Origin: Verrucomicrobiota bacterium
GTDB taxonomy: Bacteria > Verrucomicrobiota > Verrucomicrobiia > Limisphaerales > UBA11358
Length of the DNA: 64,000 nt
Assembly: GCA_049522015.1 (NCBI GenBank)
Contig: JBEKOG010000001.1
Span: forward strand, 142,659-206,658
Direction of reading: 5' to 3'
In this document: one piece after another, positions 31,803 through 39,487 of the stretch
How positions within the stretch are numbered: the stretch's first letter is position 1
Layout: each line of letters starts with the position of its first letter
The notes under the pieces: model-generated
The model's database searches: none
What the model was told of the DNA's origin: nothing
Seen by the model: only the letters and a program-made list of their open reading frames with translations
Made by a program: the position numbers and the translations under genes

Positions 31803-32491
31803 GGTGGATTTGCGGTGCCTTTACGTCCGACCAGTTTTTCAATAATGCGCTTGCAGGCATCCCATTCGTCGGGAGAAATCTCCCATCGTTGTCCCGACTC
31901 GAATTTGCGGACGAGTTCGCGCATCTCTTTTTGCAAGTGTTCGATTTGCGCAGATTGAAAATGATCCAGCTGTCTGCGAAGCGATTCATTTCCCATCAGC
32001 GGCTGACAATGCAGCAGATGGGGCAGACACAATCCGCGTGAATTTTCGTATGCCTGCCAGGAGGGTGGCTGTTCAAGCCAATCCACAAACGCGTGGACGT
32101 GCTGTGCTTCGCGACGGGCGAGATGGATGCAGAGCGGGCACTTCTCCGCGGCGTTTCGCAACCATTGCGCGCGAACCTGTCCGCCACCATTTGATTCTTC
32201 GCGCAACAAATCGAGAAATTTTGCGGCGATGTAATTGTTAACCAGCGAGCCGCTTTGAGGCGAGTGAATCTCGCACAGCAACCAGAAGTGGTAATTGCAG
32301 AATCCGCCCGCTTCGTCCAGCCGCCGGCGATTGCCTTCGTCGGCCACGTTGCCCCCAACCCACCGGCACAGTTCTTGGAACTCGTCCGCCTGCAACAAGG
32401 CACAAACCGGGCATCGGCCCGACTCAAGCGCCTTTGCGAACTCCGAAACACTCGTGCCGGTCTCAACTGGAACTGTTGGGCAGTTACTCAT
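31799..32491 (-). CDS. Cys-rich hypothetical protein (230 aa) with a duplicated CPxC ... G(F/L)CxxH module
   Basis: Starts MSNCPTVPVE at ATG 32491, an 8-nt overlap (atgagtaa) with the FGE-like gene stop. Motifs are CPVC...GFCNYHFW and CPLC...GLCLPHLL. The longer track ORF (to 33046) overlaps the FGE-like gene and is rejected. Confidence 0.7.
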   Translation of the reverse strand: MSNCPTVPVETGTSVSEFAKALESGRCPVCALLQADEFQELCRWVGGNVADEGNRRRLDEAGGFCNYHFWLLCEIHSPQSGSLVNNYIAAKFLDLLREESNGGGQVRAQWLRNAAEKCPLCIHLARREAQHVHAFVDWLEQPPSWQAYENSRGLCLPHLLHCQPLMGNESLRRQLDHFQSAQIEHLQKEMRELVRKFESGQRWEISPDEWDACKRIIEKLVGRKGTANPP

Positions 32492-33518
32492 CAACAGGGT
32501 GGTGGCACGTTTTAACCGCCGAAATGTCGCACGCGCAGCGGATGCCGGGGTAGAGCACATTGACAATTGCCGCGTCGTTGCCACGCCGATGCGCGCAACG
32601 AAAGCGGATTTTCTTCCAACCGGCACATGTCCCGCCGCGCACCACGCGCATCTCGCCGCCCGGCGGCGGACGCAAATCGCCAGTCGCATAACGACGGTAA
32701 ACGTCCCATTGATACCAATCCGCACACCATTCATCCACGTTGCCCGCCATTTGAAAGATGCCATAGGGCGAACGGCCTTCGGGATAGGCGTCCACCGGCG
32801 CGGTGGTTTCGTATTTACGAAGCTTGTCTCCATCCCAACGCAAAAAATCATCACGCCACTCGTTGCCCCACGGGTAAAGTCGTCCATCCGTGCCGCGCGC
32901 GGCTTTTTCCCATTCGATTTCCGTTGGCAAACGCAATCCAGCCCAACGGCAATAAGCTTCCGCTCCGAACCACGAGACATGGATGACGGGATGCCGCTCA
33001 AAGCCGGGCGCGACCTGATACGGCTCGGCAAGGCAGGGCGCGTCACTCCGTGCGCGCCGTTCGTCGGCGCTGATGAGCGAAGACTTCACCGCGTTCGCGG
33101 CGGGCAGAGGACTGCCCGCCCTGCCCGGAACGCTGATTCGTACCAGCGCCGGAGCCAAATTCTTGAGTTGTTCGGGAGAAGGCCGGGTTTCGCGAAGGAA
33201 CGCGGCAAATTGCTGATTAGTCACGGCGTGCTCACTCAGATAAAAATCAGGCAAGAGCGCGCGGAACTGGGGCAACTCGTCCAGGAGCGTGAATTCATGA
33301 CCGCCGATGTCCATGAGCCGCGCCGCCTCAATCTGCTCCGGTGTTGAACCCACGATGAATTCGCCCGCCGGAACAAGTCGCATCACCGAACCATCTTTGG
33401 GATTTACGATTTGCGATTTTTGATTTACGAGGGCCTTGGTTTTCTCCAAGTCGCGTAATTCGTAATTCGTAATTCGTAAATCACTCACGCCGCCGGTTCT
33501 GGAATTGCTCCAAATCAT
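32484..33518 (-). CDS. FGE/SUMF1-like (formylglycine-generating enzyme fold) protein without a signal peptide
   Basis: VPAGEFIVGS, WEKAARGTDGRLYPWGN, GNVDEWCADWY and RVVRGGTCAGW. The start is either ATG 33518 (ATGA overlap with the DLP2 stop) or, more likely, ATG 33383 (MRLVPAGEF), because codons 1-45 run through an intergenic-type heptamer hairpin. Confidence 0.8.
   Translation of the reverse strand: MIWSNSRTGGVSDLRITNYELRDLEKTKALVNQKSQIVNPKDGSVMRLVPAGEFIVGSTPEQIEAARLMDIGGHEFTLLDELPQFRALLPDFYLSEHAVTNQQFAAFLRETRPSPEQLKNLAPALVRISVPGRAGSPLPAANAVKSSLISADERRARSDAPCLAEPYQVAPGFERHPVIHVSWFGAEAYCRWAGLRLPTEIEWEKAARGTDGRLYPWGNEWRDDFLRWDGDKLRKYETTAPVDAYPEGRSPYGIFQMAGNVDEWCADWYQWDVYRRYATGDLRPPPGGEMRVVRGGTCAGWKKIRFRCAHRRGNDAAIVNVLYPGIRCACDISAVKTCHHPVDE
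33401..33482. repeat. Heptamer-arm hairpin, same family as 21544-21625
   Basis: gatttacgatttgcgatttttgatttacgag ... cgtaattcgtaattcgtaattcgtaaatc. The arms are imperfect reverse complements. Confidence 0.8.
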
Positions 33519-35182
33519 GGACGAGCTGTTTCAGTTCGTGGGTTGTGGATTTTCTCCAGCGCCTCGGTCAACAAAGCAATCGCCTGTTCCAGTTGCGGCT
33601 GGTTGGATTGACCCTGGGCCAGCATTTGTTCCAGAGTTGCCAGTTCGTTGAGCGCATATTGCTCGGCCTGCCGTCGCAACTCCTGAACGCCGGCGCTGAC
33701 GCGCGTCTGCCAGGCCGCCGCGAGCCGCGACAGGTTTTTCTCCACTTCCCATCGCGCTTTGCGCAGCAGCACGCGCTCGATCGGCTTGTGGAAAAGTATC
33801 AGCGGAATGAGCCAGCCAATCATGGTAAACGCCGCATCAAAGGCATAGGACACATTCACCGGCGGGGCGGACGGCTCGCGCACTTCCAAGGCGAACTCGC
33901 GCCGCGTCAGAGTCACGCCCAGCGCGGCCTTGACGTGGTCGGCCAGCCGGTCCTGAAAAGCGCGAAGAGCGCGCGTCAGCCGTTCGCGCGCCTTGTGCAA
34001 CGGTTCGCAAAACATCCCGCGTTGCGCCTGCGATACCTCGCTCAACTCGTAACTCAGAAAACCGTTGAGCCATTCGCGCCAGGCTTCCAGCAGTGGCGGC
34101 AGCCGCAACCGCCATTGCTGCAACTGCGCCTCCAAATCGGTGGTGACTTTGGCTTGCAGCGTTTGCCGAATCGGCTGCAGGCGTTGCACGGATTGTTCCA
34201 GCGCCTGCCCGGCCACGTCGTGCGCCAGCAAGTGCAGTTCCTCGCGCAGCGCGTCGAACTGCCCGCGTTCTTCCAACAACCGGTTGTGCAACGCCTGCCG
34301 CGAATCTTCCGCCTGGGTCGCCGCCGCCAGCGCGACGCGCAAATAGTCGAGCGCCTGGCTGATGAGCGAGATGAGTTTATGCCGCAAGATTTGCTCCGCC
34401 GCCGCCCCGCGATCCTGGCGAAGCGGTTCGAGGAGACGCTCCACCAAAACCGTTTTTAACTCCGGCAACTCAGGTTTGATGGAATAGAAAAACACCGGCA
34501 GGCCGCCATTGCCCCAGTGTTCAGCCAGTTGCCGGCGCAGAAACTCCCGCACTTCGGCTCGCTGGGACTCCGTCAGCAAATCCGCCTTCGTGAGCAGCAG
34601 AGCAATCTTGGGCGTGTGCCGGCGGAGTTGATCGAGCAGGTCCAGGTCGCGCTCGGACAGCGGCGAATCGGCGCTCACGGCCACCAGCGCCGCGCCCACG
34701 TTTGGAAGCCAGTTCAGCGCGACCTCGGTGTTGTGCGTGAACGCGCTGCCCAGGCCCGGCGTGTCCACGAATTCCAGCGGCGCGAACGATTGCAGCGCCG
34801 GCAACTCCACTTCCACGCTCGCTACTTGCTTGATGTTGCGCGGATTTTCGTTCTCGCCCACGTAGAGGCCGATGTCGTCAAGCGGGATTGACTTCACCGT
34901 GCCGTCGAGAAACCGCACCACCGCCCGCTCCACTGGCCCGTGGCGCAGGCGCGTAACGATGGCGGTCAACGGCAGCACACCAATGGGCAGAACGGACTGC
35001 CCGGCCAGATGATTCAAAAAGGAACTTTTCCCGGCCTTGAAACGCCCGAACACCGCCACATCAATCCGCTCCGGCGCGCCAAGCTGCTGCTGGCACGCGG
35101 CGATTTGCGGCCGCAGGTTCACCAGGTGAAACCGGTCAACCAGATCCGCGACGTGATCAAGAAGTCCGTTGACTTGAATCAT
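33515..35182 (-). CDS. Dynamin-like GTPase 2 (bacterial DLP)
   Basis: G1 GRFKAGKSSFLN, G3 DTPG and G4 TKAD, a long helical stalk, a hydrophobic paddle FTMIGWLIPLILF and a coiled-coil tail. Confidence 0.85.
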   Translation of the reverse strand: MIQVNGLLDHVADLVDRFHLVNLRPQIAACQQQLGAPERIDVAVFGRFKAGKSSFLNHLAGQSVLPIGVLPLTAIVTRLRHGPVERAVVRFLDGTVKSIPLDDIGLYVGENENPRNIKQVASVEVELPALQSFAPLEFVDTPGLGSAFTHNTEVALNWLPNVGAALVAVSADSPLSERDLDLLDQLRRHTPKIALLLTKADLLTESQRAEVREFLRRQLAEHWGNGGLPVFFYSIKPELPELKTVLVERLLEPLRQDRGAAAEQILRHKLISLISQALDYLRVALAAATQAEDSRQALHNRLLEERGQFDALREELHLLAHDVAGQALEQSVQRLQPIRQTLQAKVTTDLEAQLQQWRLRLPPLLEAWREWLNGFLSYELSEVSQAQRGMFCEPLHKARERLTRALRAFQDRLADHVKAALGVTLTRREFALEVREPSAPPVNVSYAFDAAFTMIGWLIPLILFHKPIERVLLRKARWEVEKNLSRLAAAWQTRVSAGVQELRRQAEQYALNELATLEQMLAQGQSNQPQLEQAIALLTEALEKIHNPRTETARP

Positions 35183-35188
35183 AGTCTT

Positions 35189-36328
35189 TCATTCGGAATG
35201 TTGGATCGGGTCTTTAACGCGATTGGCCGAAGTTGTCGCCGTCATTGTTCTGCTGGCGCAGTGCTGCTTTACAAAGGCGTCGAACACTTCGTCGGCATCC
35301 ATGCCAAGAACTTGCGCCAGCGCCACGGCTTGATGTAAAAGCTCGATCAACTCGGCGCGCACGTGCGCCTGGTTGAATCTCTGGCTCGCCGTCCACCAAC
35401 GCCACGGGCCGAGGTCGGTCAGGCGCGCGCCCTGCTGCGCGAGAGCGCGGGCGTAGTTGAGCAACCATTGTGGCCGGTCGGCATCCGTGACTTTTGTCAG
35501 ATCGTGGCCCTCGCGCAGGGTCAACTCCTGCCGCAGGAAAAAAATCGCGCCGAGATGGTCTGGATGCGTTTGCATATAGGTGCGCAGCCGTTCGTAAGCT
35601 GTCTGGTCCAATGGCAAATGTCCGCCAGTGCGCAACACCTCGGCCAGAGTGTCCACGATATGCGGCTCAAGCCGCGTGCCACGATACGCCCGAATGGTTT
35701 GCTCCACGTTGTATTCGGCCCGGCGAAGCGAAACTTCGCCGTCCTCCCATACCGCGTAAGCCGCGCGGGGATCGCCGTCCTTCGGCTGGCCGACGCTGCC
35801 AGGATTTACGATGAGCGTCCTGCGAAATTGTGTTTTCGTCGGCAAATGTGTGTGGCCCACGAACAGAAAATCGGGATAATTGACGGCGTTCAGTTCAGAT
35901 TCCCAGAGTATCACTGGGCTGTTCGGAGGAAGGTATTCGTACAGCGGTTCCGAGGGCACCGCGTGGCACGCGATGCAGATGGCATTATCCAACTGAAACC
36001 GCTGTAGCGGCTGCAACCCCGCAAGAAATTGCTTCATCTCAGAAGCGAGCACCCGCTTGCTCAGTCCCTGAGTCGCGGCGGCGAGTGCCATGTAAGGGAC
36101 GGAAGAACGCGGGTCTTCGTCCAGCGCAACGGCGCGGTCATGATTGCCCTGTATCAGCCAATCGGAAGTCAGTGTCTTCATCGCCCACGCCACGCATTCC
36201 GCCGGCTGCGGGCCGTAGTTGACCAGGTCGCCAAGGCAAAGGATTTGGTCGGCATCCGGCTCGGCGGCCAATACCGCTTGCAGTGCGGCCCAATTGCCGT
36301 GGATGTCAGATAGAATCAGGATTTTCAT
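35189..36328 (-). CDS. Calcineurin-like metallophosphoesterase fused to a ~140-aa helical C-terminal domain (possibly all-alpha NTP-pyrophosphatase-like)
   Basis: ILSDIHGN, GDLVNYGP, GNHD, GHTH and NPGSVGQP in the first ~235 aa. The C-terminal part contains LGPWRWW...AELIELLHQ...DEVFDAFVKQ. Confidence 0.8.
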   Translation of the reverse strand: MKILILSDIHGNWAALQAVLAAEPDADQILCLGDLVNYGPQPAECVAWAMKTLTSDWLIQGNHDRAVALDEDPRSSVPYMALAAATQGLSKRVLASEMKQFLAGLQPLQRFQLDNAICIACHAVPSEPLYEYLPPNSPVILWESELNAVNYPDFLFVGHTHLPTKTQFRRTLIVNPGSVGQPKDGDPRAAYAVWEDGEVSLRRAEYNVEQTIRAYRGTRLEPHIVDTLAEVLRTGGHLPLDQTAYERLRTYMQTHPDHLGAIFFLRQELTLREGHDLTKVTDADRPQWLLNYARALAQQGARLTDLGPWRWWTASQRFNQAHVRAELIELLHQAVALAQVLGMDADEVFDAFVKQHCASRTMTATTSANRVKDPIQHSE

Positions 36329-36416
36329 GACTCGCTACCGTGCTACATTTCTTTGCTCGGTAGGAGTCATCAGCCCGAGGCGATTTCCCGCGTGACGGGA
36401 GGCAGATTCCATTGCC
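36329..36416 (-). repeat. Leader repeat (family L) abutting the metallophosphoesterase start codon
   Basis: In gene sense it reads ggcaatggaatctgcc...ctgatgactcctaccga(17 nt)cggtagcgagtc, directly followed by ATG. Homologous copies are at 39488-39588, 42595-42665 and 44244-44328. Confidence 0.8.
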
Positions 36417-36501
36417 ACTCATAAAATAGCATTGTTCAACTGATTGGCAAGCCCGTCTCATTGCCGCAGATGAGCATGGGCGCAGTTGGACACTGTATCT
36501 G

Positions 36502-36615
36502 GAGCGCGGCTTGTCCCAAGCCGCAGCACCAGCAAATGCAATAGTGGGTTGGAAAGTTTTTATGAACTGCTCTCCGCGAATGGAGCTGCTGCGAGTTGGG
36601 ACAACTCGCGCTCCG
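36502..36615. mobile_element. MITE-like element (family B) whose terminal inverted repeats are themselves hairpins
   Basis: gagcgcggcttgtcccaagccgcag ... ctgcgagttgggacaactcgcgctc. The second copy is at 48015-48128. Confidence 0.75.
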
Positions 36616-36666
36616 ATGGTCGTGCAGATACAGTGTTGCTTTGCACCCGACGAGCATGAGCACGAG

Positions 36667-38772
36667 CTACTGCGGAGACTCCCAATTCTCCAGCGCGAAC
36701 AAATCTCTTGTGACGTCGGCTTCACTCACGTTTTCTGCCGTTGCGCGCTGGCCTTGGGCGAGCACAGCGCGATAAACTCCCGCACGGGCGTCGAAGGCAT
36801 CACGCAATTCCGCGAGCGCCTTGTTGTGCCACTGTTCGAGCCGCTTGCCGGCGAGGTTGAAGAACTCAGAAAGCGAATTCTCCAACTGCCCGGAAATTTT
36901 GGATTCGGCAAAATGCCGCAACGCGCGCCGCCCTAGCAGCGGAAGCAGGGTAGGCTTCCGCAACGTCAGCCGCGCCGCCAGCGGCGATGAATCCATAATG
37001 GGGAGTCCTGCCGCCTTGGGCAATTCCTCCGGCGGCCCGCGCCGCGAGCCGGAGGCGTCGTGCGCTTGCTCCAGCGTGGCTGCGAGCCGCCCTCGGACTT
37101 CTTCGACGGATTGAACAAATGCCGCGCTCACTTGCGTCAGAAATCGGTTCAACGACGCCGAGAAAATCCCAGCCGCAGCCGAGGCCGGATTCGTGCCGTT
37201 GAGCCAGGCGGAGGCGATGTCGGTTGCGACCGCTTGCAGCGCGGATGGAGCAAGCCCCCGCGTGTTGTAACCAAGGGTTTGCCCTTCCTTCTCAGCCGAT
37301 TCCAAAATTGCGCTCGCGCCGCGCAACGCCGCGGCGGCTTGCGTCAAACAACTGTCAATTTCTTGGTAGGGCGCGTCAGTCCTCTGCGCGCCGCCGTCCC
37401 GCAAATCCTCCCCGGCGCGCACGGAGTGACGCGCCCTACCGGTTGGCGAGCACGCAGCGTCGAGGCGAACCCGAAGCGCATCCATCACCGCTTCCCGCAG
37501 CAAACCAATCTTGCGCTTGAGCGAAGCGGAGGCCGCTTCGCGGTGCGATTCCAGCATTGGCTTGAGTTCGCTCTCAAACCATTCTTCGCAAAACTGCGCG
37601 TCCGCGCCAATCACACTCACCAGATGCACCGGCAAATCGAGATTCGCTTCGGATAGCAGATGCTGGCGGACATAATCCATCATGCGTTGACGGTCCAGCG
37701 GCCCGAGCAAATCCGCTTTGCTGATGAGCACCATCGCCCTGGCTCCGGCACGATAGAGCGATTGCACCACGATGAGGTCTTCGTGGCTCAAAGCCGACCC
37801 GGCATCGAGCAGCACAATGCCGAGGTCGCACTTTGGCAGATACGCCACCGTCTCTTCCGCGCCCGTGGTTGCGAGTGAACCCAGCCCCGGTGTGTCCACG
37901 AACGTCACGCCTTCGCGCAGCCGCCTGGCCGGAACCAGAACGTGAATGCGCGTGACGTGTTTGGCATTGGCCGGATTTTGCTGTTCCGTGGAATACTCCG
38001 CCAGGCGCGACAATTCGACGAGTTGCGGTTTGCTTTCCGCAAACTCGATGGTCGCCTGCGGCTGCGGGCCGAAGCTGATTCGCGTCGGCACGGCGGTCAC
38101 CGGAGTCACGCCAATGGGAAGAACATTTTGTTCCAACAGTTGATTCAACAGCGACGACTTGCCGGAACTGACACGCCCGAAAACGCCAATTTCAAAGGAT
38201 GTGGTTTCGATCCGGTCCAGCAACGTCACCAGCGCGTTGCGAAATTCGACCAGGCCGTGCGCGGTGATGATGCGATCCAATTCACGCAACAGTCTGACCT
38301 CATCGCGGGTCTGTTCGAGGCGCTGAAGGCGAGCCTGTAAATCCGCTGTCGTTCCCTGGGCGAGATAGTCGCGAATGCGATTCAACTCCGCGTTCAGTTC
38401 TGCAACGATGCGGTCCATCGCCCGCGCGTCTTCGTCTGAAAGCAGTCCGTAGCTGCGCATGTGCTCCGGCGCAATTTCGGCGATGGCAATTCCCGCAAAA
38501 TTAAAATGGCCGCGCGCCGCCCACAATGCGCCGGAAATCGGCGGTCGCAGCGGAACTTTTAACTCTTCAAGGATGCGCCGCATGGCCTCGCGCACGCGAA
38601 CGATATAATCGTGCGTCACCTTGCGCTGAATGGGGGTGGTGTCCTGTGAATACTCCTGAAACGGCGATGCCGACCCGGCGGAAGCCATGATGTGCTCCGC
38701 CTCGGAAAGCAGGTTGTCCACGTATTGAAACGTGCTCAACAGATGCCGTTGATGGTTTTCGTTCAAGGCCAT
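36667..38772 (-). CDS. Dynamin-like GTPase 1 (bacterial DLP) with a ~190-aa N-terminal extension and an in-frame MITE
   Basis: G1 GRVSSGKSSLLN, G3 DTPG and G4 SKAD, plus a long helical C-terminal half. Its ATG lies 1 nt after the AAA+ gene stop. Confidence 0.85.
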   Translation of the reverse strand: MALNENHQRHLLSTFQYVDNLLSEAEHIMASAGSASPFQEYSQDTTPIQRKVTHDYIVRVREAMRRILEELKVPLRPPISGALWAARGHFNFAGIAIAEIAPEHMRSYGLLSDEDARAMDRIVAELNAELNRIRDYLAQGTTADLQARLQRLEQTRDEVRLLRELDRIITAHGLVEFRNALVTLLDRIETTSFEIGVFGRVSSGKSSLLNQLLEQNVLPIGVTPVTAVPTRISFGPQPQATIEFAESKPQLVELSRLAEYSTEQQNPANAKHVTRIHVLVPARRLREGVTFVDTPGLGSLATTGAEETVAYLPKCDLGIVLLDAGSALSHEDLIVVQSLYRAGARAMVLISKADLLGPLDRQRMMDYVRQHLLSEANLDLPVHLVSVIGADAQFCEEWFESELKPMLESHREAASASLKRKIGLLREAVMDALRVRLDAACSPTGRARHSVRAGEDLRDGGAQRTDAPYQEIDSCLTQAAAALRGASAILESAEKEGQTLGYNTRGLAPSALQAVATDIASAWLNGTNPASAAAGIFSASLNRFLTQVSAAFVQSVEEVRGRLAATLEQAHDASGSRRGPPEELPKAAGLPIMDSSPLAARLTLRKPTLLPLLGRRALRHFAESKISGQLENSLSEFFNLAGKRLEQWHNKALAELRDAFDARAGVYRAVLAQGQRATAENVSEADVTRDLFALENWESPQ
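37366..37440. mobile_element. 75-nt MITE-like element inserted in frame in DLP1
   Basis: Bounded by gtagggcgcgtca / tgacgcgccctac inverted termini. It encodes GRARHSVRAGEDLRDGGAQRTDAPY and is a twin of the intergenic copy at 26399-26472. Confidence 0.8.
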
Positions 38773-38773
38773 T

Positions 38774-39487
38774 TCACGCCGTCGGGAACAGCTCGTGGAT
38801 GCGTCGGTCCAGGTTCAGCAGCCGAAGCGCATGGGCATTGCTCAAGTCGTAGTGGCCGCGCGCGATCTCCTTCAGCAATTCGCACAAAACCTTTGGGTTT
38901 CCCGCCGCGCGACGATGCAGCCACGAAACAATGTTCAACGTGTCTGCCGGCACGCTCCCGCTGCGCACGGCCGCTTCCACCAGCATTTGGGTTTCTCCGG
39001 GATGAAACGGCTTCAACTCCACGTGCTCGAATCGCACCAGCAACGGCCAGATGTGGCCGATGTCCCACGAATGCTCCGACCGCGCGCACAACCACACTGG
39101 CACACGCTCGCTGACATTTTCAATGAAATTGCCCAGCTTGGGTGTCGTCCAGCTTGCCCCATCAAAGACCACGGCGCGCTTCGTTCCTTTGAGCAACTTC
39201 AACAGGCGATTCTTGCGCTGGACAATATGGAGATCGCCGGCTTCCAAATCAAACTCGCGCTCCAACGCTTCGCAAATTTCACGCAAACGTTCCGATGCCG
39301 GACAGACGCGCAAGCGAAGCGAATCGCGCAGATGTTCAACCAGCGCCGATTTCCCCACCCCTTCCGGGCCAAGAATCAGCACATGCTTGCGCTGCTTGTG
39401 CAATTGGCGGAGCCGCGCAATTTCCCTTCCACGACCCACGAAGGGAATTGTGAGTCTCACATCGTTGGTTGAAGCTGTCGCTTGCAT
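38774..39487 (-). CDS. Small AAA+/STAND-like ATPase (237 aa)
   Basis: Walker A LILGPEGVGKSALVE, Walker B-like RAVVFDG and GNPKVL (an AAA_16-like GNP motif). Confidence 0.75.
   Translation of the reverse strand: MQATASTNDVRLTIPFVGRGREIARLRQLHKQRKHVLILGPEGVGKSALVEHLRDSLRLRVCPASERLREICEALEREFDLEAGDLHIVQRKNRLLKLLKGTKRAVVFDGASWTTPKLGNFIENVSERVPVWLCARSEHSWDIGHIWPLLVRFEHVELKPFHPGETQMLVEAAVRSGSVPADTLNIVSWLHRRAAGNPKVLCELLKEIARGHYDLSNAHALRLLNLDRRIHELFPTA

Noticed and set aside
32492-33046. N-terminal 185 codons of track ORF 31799..33046 (415 aa).
   Set aside because: This part overlaps the well-supported FGE-like gene in another frame and has an Arg/Ala-rich shadow-ORF composition. The real gene starts at ATG 32491, which is coupled to the FGE-like stop.
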